From assembly GCA_963809485.1 (NCBI GenBank), contig CAWEJX010000010.1:22276-86275 (forward strand): DNA of 64,000 bases. The letters are read 5' to 3'. Numbering within the stretch: position 1 is the stretch's first letter; every line of letters starts with the position of its first letter. The position numbers and the translations under genes were made by a program. The DNA is from an uncultured Acidobacteriota bacterium. Its GTDB lineage: Bacteria > Acidobacteriota > UBA6911. The notes beneath the pieces were generated by a model. That model saw nothing but the letters and a program-made list of their open reading frames with translations, was not told where the DNA came from and did no database searches. Of the stretch, positions 21,247 through 31,059 are shown one piece after another.

Positions 21247-22012
21247 ATTCCGAGTATTCATAAAATGGCTGCCTGTCAGGAATTTTTGCCGGTCCTGCGC
21301 GCGTCTATCCAAACGCGGTCTCTATCCGTTGGGCTTGGCTTTGCTGGCAGGATGCCTGGTGTCTGTCGCGCGCAGCGATGATCAGAAATCTACGCGCGAG
21401 GAGGCGCGTTTTGACATATATGTTGCTGGAAAGGAAATCGGCCGGGAGAAATTTGCGGTCCTTGTCTCGGCAGATTCCGCCAGCAGCAGCTCAATCCTGA
21501 ATTTCAGGGACCCCGGCAAAAAGCATCAGAAAGTGCATATCGAGACCCAACTCGATATGGATCAAGGATTTCTGCCGCGTGCCTATAGTCTGAAGATGGA
21601 CGTCGACGGACAAAAGGGTGCCATGGACGGGAAATTTGTGCCCGGTCAGGCTATGTTCGAATACGTGGGAACCGGATCCTCACAAAAAAGAGGTCTACTG
21701 GTCGGGGACCGATATACCCTTTTAGATTCAAATGTATTCCACCATTTTATTTTTGTTGCGCGGCTTTTCGATCTCTCTTCCAGGAAGGACTCCCAGTCTT
21801 TTGAGGTGGTCGTTCCTCAGGAAGTGGACAATGGCACCTTAAGGATCCGAGAGATAGGCATGGAAAAGATAGAGGCACAAGGCAAGAAAAGGGATCTTCA
21901 TCGCTTGAGGGCCGACTCGGGGCAATTGCAGATCGATCTGTGGATCGATGACCACAATATCCTGTACAAAATCGCCATCCCGAACAAGAAGATAGAGGTG
22001 ATAAGAAATTAG
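21239..22012 (+). CDS. Hypothetical exported beta-rich protein
   Basis: ATG overlaps the upstream stop. Hydrophobic signal-like segment followed by GKEIGREKF, and a C-terminal DLWIDDHNILYKI. Confidence 0.65.
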   Translation: MHKFRVFIKWLPVRNFCRSCARLSKRGLYPLGLALLAGCLVSVARSDDQKSTREEARFDIYVAGKEIGREKFAVLVSADSASSSSILNFRDPGKKHQKVHIETQLDMDQGFLPRAYSLKMDVDGQKGAMDGKFVPGQAMFEYVGTGSSQKRGLLVGDRYTLLDSNVFHHFIFVARLFDLSSRKDSQSFEVVVPQEVDNGTLRIREIGMEKIEAQGKKRDLHRLRADSGQLQIDLWIDDHNILYKIAIPNKKIEVIRN

Positions 22013-22197
22013 GGATTAGTTGTTAGCTATTAGGGATTAGTTGTTAGCTATTAGGGATTAGGGATTAGGGATTAGGGATTAGCTTTTTAGATGTTGTTCA
22101 TAAGCTATAGGGTGAACAAAAACCATCATAGCCCGCTCTAATTACCAATCGCTAATCCCTTACAACTAATCCCTAATAACTGATCACTAAAAACTAA
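22009..22197. repeat. Second inverted pair of TTAGGGA / CTAATCC heptamer repeats
   Basis: Left arm 22009-22083 includes four consecutive GGG tracts in GGGATTA units. Degenerate right arm at 22138-22197. Confidence 0.9.
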
Positions 22198-22199
22198 AT

Positions 22200-22226
22200 T
22201 GCAACGGGAAGGCGCTGATTGCGTAA
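22200..22226 (+). promoter_or_regulatory. Putative ECF-sigma promoter for htrA
   Basis: TGCAAC-N16-CGTAA, ending 43 bp upstream of the ATG. Confidence 0.5.
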
Positions 22227-22269
22227 TATGGGAGGCAAGTGCAATTTTACATTAACGGAGGGATTAAAA

Positions 22270-23895
22270 ATGGCCACACAGCCTAATGAGAGCGGTCATA
22301 AAAGCAAAAGGCTTTTGGGTTTCATCATGGTTTTGTTTGTGCTGGGCCTTGGGATAGGGATTGGAACTATGATCTCTTACCGGGTGGATGCCAGGGGGCC
22401 GAACGATAGCCAGCTCCAAATGCAGACGGATGGAAAACCGGCGGCCGGAGGCGCATTTATGGCCCTGTCGCAGGCATTCGAGGAAGTTGCCAACCAGATC
22501 GAGCCGGCCGTCGTCAATATCAATACGGAGGAAGTGATAACCAGGCGTCAAATGATGCCCGACCAGGACTCCGATGACCCGATGAGCGAGTTATTCCGTC
22601 GGTTCGGATTCGGCAGTCCCTTTGGACAAATCCCTGAGCAGCAGATGCGGCGCAGCCTGGGATCGGGTGTTATTGTCGATCCGAAGGGCTATATCATCAC
22701 CAATAATCACGTCGTTGAAGATGCGACAAAAATCAAGGTCAGCGTGCCCGGAGGAGAGGAATATACGGCAAAGGTGATCGGCACGGACGCCATTTCGGAT
22801 ATTGCCGTGATCAAGATCGAGGGTAAAAAGGACTTCCCCTATGCAAGGATCGGAAATTCCAAGAATATGAAAGTCGGGGATTGGGTCCTTGCCATAGGAA
22901 GCCCTTTTGGTCTCGAACAGACCGTCACAGCCGGCATCATCTCGGCCACAGGGCGGACATTTGAGCAGGGAGGAGGTCCGTCCGAGTACTCCATGTTCAA
23001 CGATTACCTGCAGACGGATGCGGCCATCAACCGTGGGAACAGCGGCGGACCCCTGGTGAATATGAAGGCCGAAATTGTTGGCATCAACAGCTTTATATCA
23101 ACCCCGTCAGGAGCCAGCGCAGGCGTAGGATTTGCGGTCCCGTCGCATCTTTTCACCAAAGTCTACAACCAGATTCTGCAGACCGGGAAAGTAGCCCGGG
23201 GCTGGGTAGGTGTGAACATGAATCCGCTGCCCTTCACCCCGGCCATGGCCAATTTCTTCGGCGTTAAGCAGGGCTCCGGTGTGCTTATCACTCAGCTTAG
23301 TGACGAAAAGGGAGAATCGTCAGAAACCGGCCCGGCTGCCAAAGCCGGACTAAAACCGGAGGATGTGGTTATTGCCTATAATGGGAAAAAGATAGCCAGC
23401 ATGCAGGATTTCCGTCTGGCTGTAGCCGATACGGCTCCGGGGCAAAAGGCCACGGTCCGGGTGGTTCGCCAAGGGCAGGAAAAAGATTTTGAAATAACTG
23501 TGGGAGAACGCCAGTTTGAAAACCAGGACAAGGGACGATACAGTTTCGAGGAAAAGGAAGAAAAGCCAAAACCCGAGATCGGCCTTAGTTTTGACGAGGT
23601 GCCGCCCAGAGTTTCTCAGTCCATGGGTATTTCCGGAGGAGCTTATGTGCTTTCCGTGAAGCCCGGAAGCCTGGCCGATGATGCCGGATTGGCGGGGCCG
23701 GATCAGGGCGGTGGAGATGTGATATTGGCTGCGAATGGAAAGCCGATTAAAGATGCGCAGGAACTGCTCTCGATCGTCAAGAATCTGAGGAGCGAGGAAC
23801 CGATCGTTATCAAGTTTGTGCGGGCCGCCGGCCGCTTGCAGAACAGCGACCGTGTTGTGACGGCAACCTACTACACAAGCATCGTCAAGCCGTAG
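22270..23895 (+). CDS. htrA: HtrA/DegP-family serine protease with two PDZ domains
   Basis: N-terminal TM helix, LGSGVI, TNNHVV, SDIAVIK, QTDAAINRGNSGGPL; RBS GGAGG. Confidence 0.93.
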   Translation: MATQPNESGHKSKRLLGFIMVLFVLGLGIGIGTMISYRVDARGPNDSQLQMQTDGKPAAGGAFMALSQAFEEVANQIEPAVVNINTEEVITRRQMMPDQDSDDPMSELFRRFGFGSPFGQIPEQQMRRSLGSGVIVDPKGYIITNNHVVEDATKIKVSVPGGEEYTAKVIGTDAISDIAVIKIEGKKDFPYARIGNSKNMKVGDWVLAIGSPFGLEQTVTAGIISATGRTFEQGGGPSEYSMFNDYLQTDAAINRGNSGGPLVNMKAEIVGINSFISTPSGASAGVGFAVPSHLFTKVYNQILQTGKVARGWVGVNMNPLPFTPAMANFFGVKQGSGVLITQLSDEKGESSETGPAAKAGLKPEDVVIAYNGKKIASMQDFRLAVADTAPGQKATVRVVRQGQEKDFEITVGERQFENQDKGRYSFEEKEEKPKPEIGLSFDEVPPRVSQSMGISGGAYVLSVKPGSLADDAGLAGPDQGGGDVILAANGKPIKDAQELLSIVKNLRSEEPIVIKFVRAAGRLQNSDRVVTATYYTSIVKP

Positions 23896-23936
23896 CTGAA
23901 ACGGAAAGCCGGCCTTGCCGGCATAGTCAGGAAACC

Positions 23937-23986
23937 AGCCACAAATTTCGCGAATCCCTGCGGTTCGTGAAATTTGTGGCTTTTTT
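23937..23986 (+). terminator. Intrinsic terminator-like hairpin
   Basis: AGCCACAAATTTCGCGAA / TTCGTGAAATTTGTGGCT stem followed by a T-run, directly after htrA. Confidence 0.75.
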
Positions 23987-24037
23987 GTTCCTGCCGAAGC
24001 GGATTGCAAACCATGCCGATATGGTGCCGCCGGTTGT

Positions 24038-24065
24038 TTGACTTTGAGGTAAGCGATACTATAAT
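24038..24065 (+). promoter_or_regulatory. Sigma70-type promoter of the hrcA operon
   Basis: TTGACT-N16-TATAAT. Confidence 0.65.
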
Positions 24066-24130
24066 CTGTGCTGACAGCTATTTACGCGCAGCCGGCGCGG
24101 AAGCCGGATATCGAGCCAAAATAAGGCCGC

Positions 24131-25198
24131 ATGGGTATGCCAGAAACCAACGAGCACATGTTTAACGAGCGGATCCGTGAGATCCTAAATTGTGTGATTG
24201 CTACGTTTATCGTTACTGGCAAGCCCGTCGGTTCGCGCCGGATCGCCCGTCACAGCAGGGAGCAGCTCAGCCCGGCAACCGTCCGTAGCATCATGGCTGA
24301 TCTCGAGAGAATGGGCTATCTGCACCAGCCGCATGCTTCCGCCGGCCGCATACCAACCGACAAAGCCTATCGCTTCTACGTCGACTATCTGCTGAAAAGA
24401 CGGGATATATCTCCAAGCGACCGCGATATGATCGATCGCGATCTGCGTCTCGACGACAGCGCCGAACACCTCATGGCGCGCACGAGCCAGGTTTTGTCGA
24501 GGGTTTCCAACAACATCGGCATTGTCGTTTCGCCGCCGATCAGCCGTGTTGCCCTGAAACACCTTAATTTTGTTAAACTTGCCGACAACCGAATCCTCGT
24601 AATTATCGTTTCACGGTCGGGCATCGTCCAAAATCGGATTATTCCATATACAGAGGAGATATCCCAAACTGAGCTCGATCAGGCGGCTCGCTACATAGCC
24701 GAAAACTTTAAGGACCGGACTCTGCTGGAAATCAAGGGTCAGATTCTCAACATGATTCAGAAAGAGCAGGCCCTGTACGACAAATTCATGCAGCGCGTCA
24801 TCACATTAAGCACCCGAACCTTTTCCGACATCGAGAACGAAATGGATGCGGAAGTCTATCTGGATGGAGCATCGAACCTAATAAAAACTCCTGAGTTTTC
24901 CGATATTAACAGGATGAAGCTGCTGTTTGAAACCATCGAGCAAAAGTACAGGATTGCGGCGCTGATCTCCCGCTGCATCGAGGGAGATACACAGGAGGTT
25001 CGAATAACGATAGGCGCCGAGAATGCCTTGCCGGGCATCGAGGACTGCACCCTCATTGCCTCGCGTTTCGTAGTCGACGAGAGGACCCATGGATCGTTGG
25101 GGATCCTGGGACCCACGCGCATGGAATACGCGCGGGCGATTTCCCTCGTAGACTATGTGGCGAGGCTGTTTGGACGGGTGCTGGAAACAGGGAACTAG
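24131..25198 (+). CDS. hrcA: Heat-inducible transcription repressor
   Basis: GKPVGSR, SPATVRSIMADLE, QPHASAGRIPTDKAYRFYVD, GILGPTRMEY. Confidence 0.95.
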   Translation: MGMPETNEHMFNERIREILNCVIATFIVTGKPVGSRRIARHSREQLSPATVRSIMADLERMGYLHQPHASAGRIPTDKAYRFYVDYLLKRRDISPSDRDMIDRDLRLDDSAEHLMARTSQVLSRVSNNIGIVVSPPISRVALKHLNFVKLADNRILVIIVSRSGIVQNRIIPYTEEISQTELDQAARYIAENFKDRTLLEIKGQILNMIQKEQALYDKFMQRVITLSTRTFSDIENEMDAEVYLDGASNLIKTPEFSDINRMKLLFETIEQKYRIAALISRCIEGDTQEVRITIGAENALPGIEDCTLIASRFVVDERTHGSLGILGPTRMEYARAISLVDYVARLFGRVLETGN

Positions 25199-25201
25199 AA
25201 A

Positions 25202-25813
25202 ATGATGTGGAAATCTGACGATCAAGCCTCGGATGCGGCTGAAGACAAGACCGCCCCGAATTCTGAAAACCAGGAAACCGTTGAATCCGTTGCGCCTGTG
25301 ATGGATCCTCTGACCCAATTGCAGGCCGACCTCAAATCAGCCAAAGCCGAAGCGGCCGAGTGGCAGGATAGATTTTTGCGAAAAGCGGCCGAATTCGAAA
25401 ACTACCGCAAGAGGATGGAGAAGGAAAAAACAGACTTGATGAATCTGGCCAAGGGCTCCGTCCTGGTGGAGTTTTTGCCCCTTGCCGATGACTGCGAGCG
25501 GGCTCTGAGGAGTCTCGGCGAAGCGGAAGAGGATACGAAGTCTCTCCGCCAGTATAGAGAGGGAGTCGAATTGCTGTACAAACAGCTGATGGATATTTTG
25601 AGCCGAACGGGAGTAACGCCCCTGGAGGCCGAAGGGAAACCGTTCGATCCGCACTTCCATGATGCCCTGTCCCGGCAGGAATCGGCGGACTGCAAGGAAG
25701 ACACGGTCATTGATGAATTGCGACGCGGATACATGTTCAAAGAAAAACTTCTCAGGCCGGCTCAGGTAATCGTTGCGGTTCGTCCGAAGACCAAAGACAA
25801 AGAGTCCCAATGA
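25202..25813 (+). CDS. grpE: Nucleotide exchange factor GrpE
   Basis: AEFENYRKR, FDPHFHDA, GYMFKEKLLRPAQV. Confidence 0.95.
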   Translation: MMWKSDDQASDAAEDKTAPNSENQETVESVAPVMDPLTQLQADLKSAKAEAAEWQDRFLRKAAEFENYRKRMEKEKTDLMNLAKGSVLVEFLPLADDCERALRSLGEAEEDTKSLRQYREGVELLYKQLMDILSRTGVTPLEAEGKPFDPHFHDALSRQESADCKEDTVIDELRRGYMFKEKLLRPAQVIVAVRPKTKDKESQ

Positions 25814-27717
25814 GCAAAATTATCGGCATCGATCTGGGCACAACCAACTCGTGTGTCGCCGTTCTGGAAGGCTCGTCCGTACAAATCATCCCCAATGACA
25901 TCGGCGGCCGAACCACCCCGTCGGTTGTGGCTTTTGCGGAAAAAGGGGACAGGCTTCTGGGACAAATTGCAAAGCGCCAGGCCGTTACAAATGCCGCAAA
26001 CACCGTGTATGCGGTAAAGAGGCTGATGGGCCGCCGGTTTGATGCTCCCGAAATTCAGAAAATTAAAGCCTATCTCACTTACAGCATCAGTCCTTCGGCC
26101 AATGGCGATGTCAGAATCTCTATCAGGGGAAAAGACTACAGCCCGCCCGAAATTTCGGCCATGCTGCTGCAGCACCTGAAGACCACCGCTGAGAATTTTC
26201 TGAATGAAGAAGTGACGGAGGCCATCGTTACGGTCCCCGCGTATTTCGACGACTCTCAGCGCCAGGCAACCAAGGACGCTGGCCGGATTGCGGGGCTGGA
26301 GGTCCTCCGAATCATCAACGAACCGACTGCGGCCGCGCTTGCCTATGGACTCGGCAAAAAGGACCGGGAGCGAATCGCGATTTATGACCTCGGGGGCGGG
26401 ACATTCGACATATCGATCCTCGAACTCAATGACGGGGTTTTCGAGGTCGTGTCCACGTGCGGAGACAGTTTCCTGGGAGGAGAGGATTTTGACCAGCGCA
26501 TTATCGACTGGATGATCGCCGAGTTCAAAGCCGAGAAAGGCATCAATCTCGGCGGCGATGTGCTCGCACGCCAGCGGCTCAAAGAAACGGCCGAAAAGGC
26601 CAAGTGCGAGCTTTCCTCCGCCGCACAATCGCACATCAGCCTGCCGTTTATTGCCTCCGACGCCAAAGGCCCGAAGCATTTTGACAAAATCCTGACTCAG
26701 GCCAGGTTTGAAGAATTGGTCAAGGATCTGATCGAGAGGACCACCATATTCTGTGAGAAAGCGCTGGCCGACGCCCGTCTGGCTCCTGCCGATATCAATA
26801 AAGTAATCCTTGTGGGAGGACAAACGCGCACGCCTGCGGTTCAGCGCCATGTGGAAAAAATCTTCGGAAAAAAACCATCTCTTGAAGTCAACCCCGACGA
26901 AGTCGTCGCAGTCGGCGCGGCTCTTCAGGGCGGTGTCCTGGCGGGCGAATTAAGGGAAATCGTCCTGCTGGATGTGCTTCCCTTGTCGCTGGGAGTCGAA
27001 ACCCAGGGCGGATTGTTTACGCGCCTCATCGATCACAACTCGACGATTCCGCTAAAGAAGACAGCCATTTTTACGACCGTAGCGGATAATCAGACAGTGG
27101 TTGAAATCCATGTCCTGCAGGGAGAGAGGGAATTAGCGCAGTACAACCGTTCCCTGGCAAAATTTAACCTGGTGGGGATTGCTCCCGGGCCGAGGGGAGC
27201 CCCGCAGATTGAAGTTTCTTTTGACATGGATGCCAACGGAATATTAAGCGTTTCGGCCAAAGACATGCTTTCCGGCAAGGAGCAGGCCATCAAGATCACT
27301 CCCTCAACGGGATTGAGCAAGGATGAGATCGACCGGATGACTCTCGAGTCGAGACAGCATGCCGACAGCGATCACAAAGCCAAACAATCCGCGGAAACTC
27401 GCAACCGCATCAAGTGGCAGATGGGCGCCCTTGCGCGAAGCTATTCGGAGTTCGGCTGGCTTCTTGACTCTGTCGAACAGGAAATGATAAAAGAATCGAT
27501 CCAAAAAGCCAGGGGTCTAGCTCCGGGCGAAAGCAGCCTCCCTTTGCTGAAAGAAGTGCTGTCACAACTCGAAGATGGAGCGGCAAAGCTTGCCGCGGCC
27601 ATGTTCAGCGCCCCGGCGGGCCAGGGCCTGAAGGCTTCGGGATGGTCCGGAGAGAAGAAAGCCGAGGCTGATCTGGATAATTTGCTGAAGTCCGCGCTGG
27701 ATTCCGTGGAATCGTAG
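25810..27717 (+). CDS. dnaK: Hsp70 chaperone DnaK with a divergent C-terminal lid
   Basis: [57 protein letters not shown]. Confidence 0.93.
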   Translation: MSKIIGIDLGTTNSCVAVLEGSSVQIIPNDIGGRTTPSVVAFAEKGDRLLGQIAKRQAVTNAANTVYAVKRLMGRRFDAPEIQKIKAYLTYSISPSANGDVRISIRGKDYSPPEISAMLLQHLKTTAENFLNEEVTEAIVTVPAYFDDSQRQATKDAGRIAGLEVLRIINEPTAAALAYGLGKKDRERIAIYDLGGGTFDISILELNDGVFEVVSTCGDSFLGGEDFDQRIIDWMIAEFKAEKGINLGGDVLARQRLKETAEKAKCELSSAAQSHISLPFIASDAKGPKHFDKILTQARFEELVKDLIERTTIFCEKALADARLAPADINKVILVGGQTRTPAVQRHVEKIFGKKPSLEVNPDEVVAVGAALQGGVLAGELREIVLLDVLPLSLGVETQGGLFTRLIDHNSTIPLKKTAIFTTVADNQTVVEIHVLQGERELAQYNRSLAKFNLVGIAPGPRGAPQIEVSFDMDANGILSVSAKDMLSGKEQAIKITPSTGLSKDEIDRMTLESRQHADSDHKAKQSAETRNRIKWQMGALARSYSEFGWLLDSVEQEMIKESIQKARGLAPGESSLPLLKEVLSQLEDGAAKLAAAMFSAPAGQGLKASGWSGEKKAEADLDNLLKSALDSVES

Positions 27718-27748
27718 ACGCAACAAAACAAGAGAGTGGGGATTTTTT

Positions 27749-28858
27749 TTGAATAACAAGCGAGACTACTACGAAGTGCTGGGGATCCCCCAGAATGCCT
27801 CGGATCAGGAGATCAAGAGCGCCTATAGAAAACTGGCTCTCAAATATCATCCGGATAAAAATCCGAACGACAAAAGCGCCGAGGAAAAATTCAAGGAGGC
27901 TGCCGAGGCTTACAGTGTCCTGAGCGACCCCGAAAAGCGGGCGCGCTACGACCGCTACGGCCACAGCGGCCTGCAGGGAGGATTCAGCGGCTTCGATCCC
28001 GCCACCTTTGGAGACTTCGGAGACATCCTCGGGGAATTTTTCGGATTCGGCGATATTTTCGGGGGGCGCCGCCGGGGCGGTCCCGAGCGAGGCTCGGACC
28101 TGCGCTACGACCTGAAAATCTCATTCCGCGAAGCGGCCTTTGGCCTCAAAACCAAAATCAAAATCCCCCGCCAGGAAACCTGCGGCGCATGCGACGGACG
28201 CGGAACCCCCAAGGGCAAAAATCCTGTAGGCTGCCCGACATGCCATGGTTCCGGACAGGTGCGCTACCAGCAGGGTTTCTTTTCCATAAGCAGGACCTGC
28301 AGCCAATGCAACGGAACAGGCAGGGTCATCAGCGAGCCCTGTGAAGCCTGCCAGGGCCGCGGACGTGTGCGAAAGGAAAAAGTTCTCGAAGTCAGAATTC
28401 CGGCTGGGGTAGACAACGGCGCCAGGCTGCGTATCCAGGGAGAAGGGGAATCCGGAGTCCACGGTGGCGCTTCGGGCGACCTCTATGTCGTCATTTATGT
28501 GGAAGAGCATCCCTTTTTCCAAAGACAGGGAAACAACATTTACTGCCAGATCCCAATAGGTATAGCGCAAGCCGTTTTGGGCTCAGAAGTTACTGTCCCA
28601 ACCCTCGAAGGCGAAGAGAAACTTAGAATTCCCGAAGGCACCCAAAGCGGATCCGTCTTCCGCCTGCGTAACAAGGGCATCGTCAGCCTGGGCGAGAGAG
28701 GCCGCGGAGATCAGTTTGTGACCGTGAATGTGGTTATGCCGACCAAGCTCACAAAGGAGCAGCGGCAGATCTTCGAGGCGCTGGCTAAAGTCAGCAAGGA
28801 CGACGAACTCACACAAGAACGCAACATCTTCGACAAGGTTAAGGATATTTTCGGGTAG
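27749..28858 (+). CDS. dnaJ: Chaperone DnaJ (TTG start)
   Basis: DYYEVLG, HPDKN, G/F-rich region and four CxxCxGxG repeats. Confidence 0.97.
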   Translation: MNNKRDYYEVLGIPQNASDQEIKSAYRKLALKYHPDKNPNDKSAEEKFKEAAEAYSVLSDPEKRARYDRYGHSGLQGGFSGFDPATFGDFGDILGEFFGFGDIFGGRRRGGPERGSDLRYDLKISFREAAFGLKTKIKIPRQETCGACDGRGTPKGKNPVGCPTCHGSGQVRYQQGFFSISRTCSQCNGTGRVISEPCEACQGRGRVRKEKVLEVRIPAGVDNGARLRIQGEGESGVHGGASGDLYVVIYVEEHPFFQRQGNNIYCQIPIGIAQAVLGSEVTVPTLEGEEKLRIPEGTQSGSVFRLRNKGIVSLGERGRGDQFVTVNVVMPTKLTKEQRQIFEALAKVSKDDELTQERNIFDKVKDIFG

Positions 28859-28865
28859 CCTGCCG

Positions 28866-29603
28866 ATGCCCCGAAGACGATTCTATGCCCCACCGGATTC
28901 CATTCGCGATGGAATCGCCGTGCTTCCTCCCGATCAGGCTCATCATCTGCGAGACGTCCTGAGATTGAGGACGGGTGATCCTGTTGAGATTTTTGACGGC
29001 GAGGGAAACGGATATGCCGGGCAGGTTGACTTCCATGGTTCCGAGGTCTGTATCCGGGGCCTGGTAAAGCTTCCCGCCGAGGAGCCGCCTGCAATCCTTA
29101 TCCTGGCTGCAGCTCTGATCAAGACCGCAAGATTCGAGTGGATGATCCAGAAAGCAACCGAACTGGGCGTTGCCGAAGTCATGCCCCTGTACACGCGCAT
29201 GAGCGATATAAAGCTATCCCCTGGCAGCGGCGGCCTCCGGCTGGCCCGCTGGGATCGCATCCTGAAGGATGCTGCCAGGCAGTGCGGCCGCTTCTCCGCA
29301 CCGCGGCTGCACACCCCTCTGGAGTTTTCCGATTTTCTTCGCTGCCAGCAGCTTTCCGCATGCACGAAGCTCCTTTTTTATGAAAAGGCGTCGCAGCCGT
29401 GGCGGCCGGAAAAAGTCCTGGCCGGTGAAAAAATTGTCCTGTGCATCGGCCCCGAAGGCGGCTGGGATGTCCATGAGATCGAACAGGCCATGGAAGCCGG
29501 GTACAGAACCTTCGGCCTTGGGCCGTGGATCCTGCGAGCCGAGACCGCAGCCATAGCCGCCGCAGCCATCGTCCAGCACCAGATCCGCCTGCTCAGGAAA
29601 TAA
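28866..29603 (+). CDS. rsmE: 16S rRNA m3U1498 methyltransferase
   Basis: HHLRDVLR, QKATELG, IGPEGG, LGPWILRAETA. Confidence 0.93.
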   Translation: MPRRRFYAPPDSIRDGIAVLPPDQAHHLRDVLRLRTGDPVEIFDGEGNGYAGQVDFHGSEVCIRGLVKLPAEEPPAILILAAALIKTARFEWMIQKATELGVAEVMPLYTRMSDIKLSPGSGGLRLARWDRILKDAARQCGRFSAPRLHTPLEFSDFLRCQQLSACTKLLFYEKASQPWRPEKVLAGEKIVLCIGPEGGWDVHEIEQAMEAGYRTFGLGPWILRAETAAIAAAAIVQHQIRLLRK

Positions 29604-29604
29604 A

Positions 29605-29672
29605 AAGGCAGCTGCGAACGAACACGAATTATCAAACTTGCGGGATTCGTGATAATTTGTGGCTGCTTTTTT
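29605..29672 (+). terminator. Hairpin plus T-run after rsmE, same sequence family as 23937-23986
   Basis: GCAGC...CACGAAT / ATTCGTGATAATTTGTGGCTGC followed by TTTTTT. Confidence 0.55.
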
Positions 29673-29716
29673 TGTTTCTTTATCGGAAGATGCTGCAAAT
29701 GTGCATAGGAGGGCTT

Positions 29717-30574
29717 GTGCGTAAAGGACCTTGGCTGCTGCCATTTTGTCTGGTTATCGCGTGGAACAGCTTCGGGCAGCAGCGTCCCCTCAGGACCGAT
29801 GATGCTGAAATTCTTAAAACAGGGTGGATTCGAACCGAGGTTGGCCTGGAGTTTTTGCAGGGTCAGCGCTATTCCCTTTCCGGCCTCGAGGGAGATTTGG
29901 CGCGGCTGGGTGTCGCCGCCATCCATGTCGGCGTCGGCGAGTATGCCGAGTTCCAGATTTCCGGCGTCGCTCAGGACATCCTGTCGGTCTCCGGCCGCAC
30001 GGAACCTGTCATCCCGCCCACCTTCAGCGGTGATTCAACCAGCGACTTCGGCGATCTGATACTTGGCACCAAGCTGAAACTTGCGGGAGAAAAGGGCCGC
30101 CGTCCGGCCATGGCTTTCAAGTTTGCCGTGGAGCTTCCGAATGCCAAGCACGACAGCGGGCTGGGCACGGATGAGACAGAATTCTTTGCAAGCCTTCTGT
30201 TCAAGAAGCATCTCGGTCGCGTCCAGATCCTGGCGGATGCGGGATTCGCAATCCTGGCCTCCCCTGTGCTCCAGGGCAGACAAACAGATCCGCTGACATA
30301 CGGGATTGCGACCATTATCCCGCTGCACCACAGGGTAAACTTTGTTGCGGAACTCAATGGCCGCCAGGGTCCATCCGGCAGAGTAGGAAACGAAAACAAG
30401 TCCCAGGCTCGTGCCGGAATCCAGTTCTGGACTGGCAGGCTGCGGTGGGATGTGGGGGGGATCGCAGGCCTGATGGATTATGACCCGAAATCCGGTATCG
30501 CGGTCGGTGTGACCTATGAGTTCCAGGCGTTTCATAAAGGCCCTTCCAGCGTCAAAATAACGAAGCAGCCTTAG
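29717..30574 (+). CDS. Putative outer-membrane beta-barrel protein (transporter-like)
   Basis: GTG start after AGGAGG, signal peptide, RPLRTDDA, FGDLILGTK, and alternating beta-strands. Confidence 0.6.
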   Translation: MRKGPWLLPFCLVIAWNSFGQQRPLRTDDAEILKTGWIRTEVGLEFLQGQRYSLSGLEGDLARLGVAAIHVGVGEYAEFQISGVAQDILSVSGRTEPVIPPTFSGDSTSDFGDLILGTKLKLAGEKGRRPAMAFKFAVELPNAKHDSGLGTDETEFFASLLFKKHLGRVQILADAGFAILASPVLQGRQTDPLTYGIATIIPLHHRVNFVAELNGRQGPSGRVGNENKSQARAGIQFWTGRLRWDVGGIAGLMDYDPKSGIAVGVTYEFQAFHKGPSSVKITKQP

Positions 30575-30747
30575 CCTCGCGGCGTTGCATCGATCCGGGG
30601 ACCGGTCGGAGGGAAGCCGGAGGCCAAAGAGGCTTGAAAACAGCCTGGGATTTTTTGAGGATGACGGGAAGCAGGCTCCGGACTGGAGTTTCCTGGATTT
30701 TACAGCCTGCTCTATCGTCCTCGAAATAAGGAAGAGCGGGGAGCTTC

Positions 30748-31002
30748 ATGGACAAATCGAAACCCGTAGTCGTTGCAAGAGCGTGGGCGGACGGTGAGGC
30801 CTCGGTTATCAAGAGTCTGCTTGAGAGCTACGGCATTCCCTGCCACTATTCACCCGAATTGCCCAACCGCCTTTATCCGGTTCCTGCCGCGGATTTGGGC
30901 CAGATAAGGATTTTTGTTCCCGCAAGCCTTGCCCAGGACGCCAGGCGCATATTGGCGGAGCACCGTCGCGACGCTATGAAGCTCCGACTGGTGGACGACT
31001 GA
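30748..31002 (+). CDS. DUF2007-like small protein
   Basis: EASVIKSLLESYGIPC...IRIFVP...ARRIL. Confidence 0.75.
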   Translation: MDKSKPVVVARAWADGEASVIKSLLESYGIPCHYSPELPNRLYPVPAADLGQIRIFVPASLAQDARRILAEHRRDAMKLRLVDD

Positions 31003-31059
31003 AAATTGCCTTTGTCGCTTCTGGAATAACGGAAACGAGCCCGCAGTCTTCGGGTATAT

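Noticed and set aside
25762-26850. 362 aa antisense ORF
   Set aside because: Shadow frame of dnaK, a well-known artefact in GC-rich genomes.
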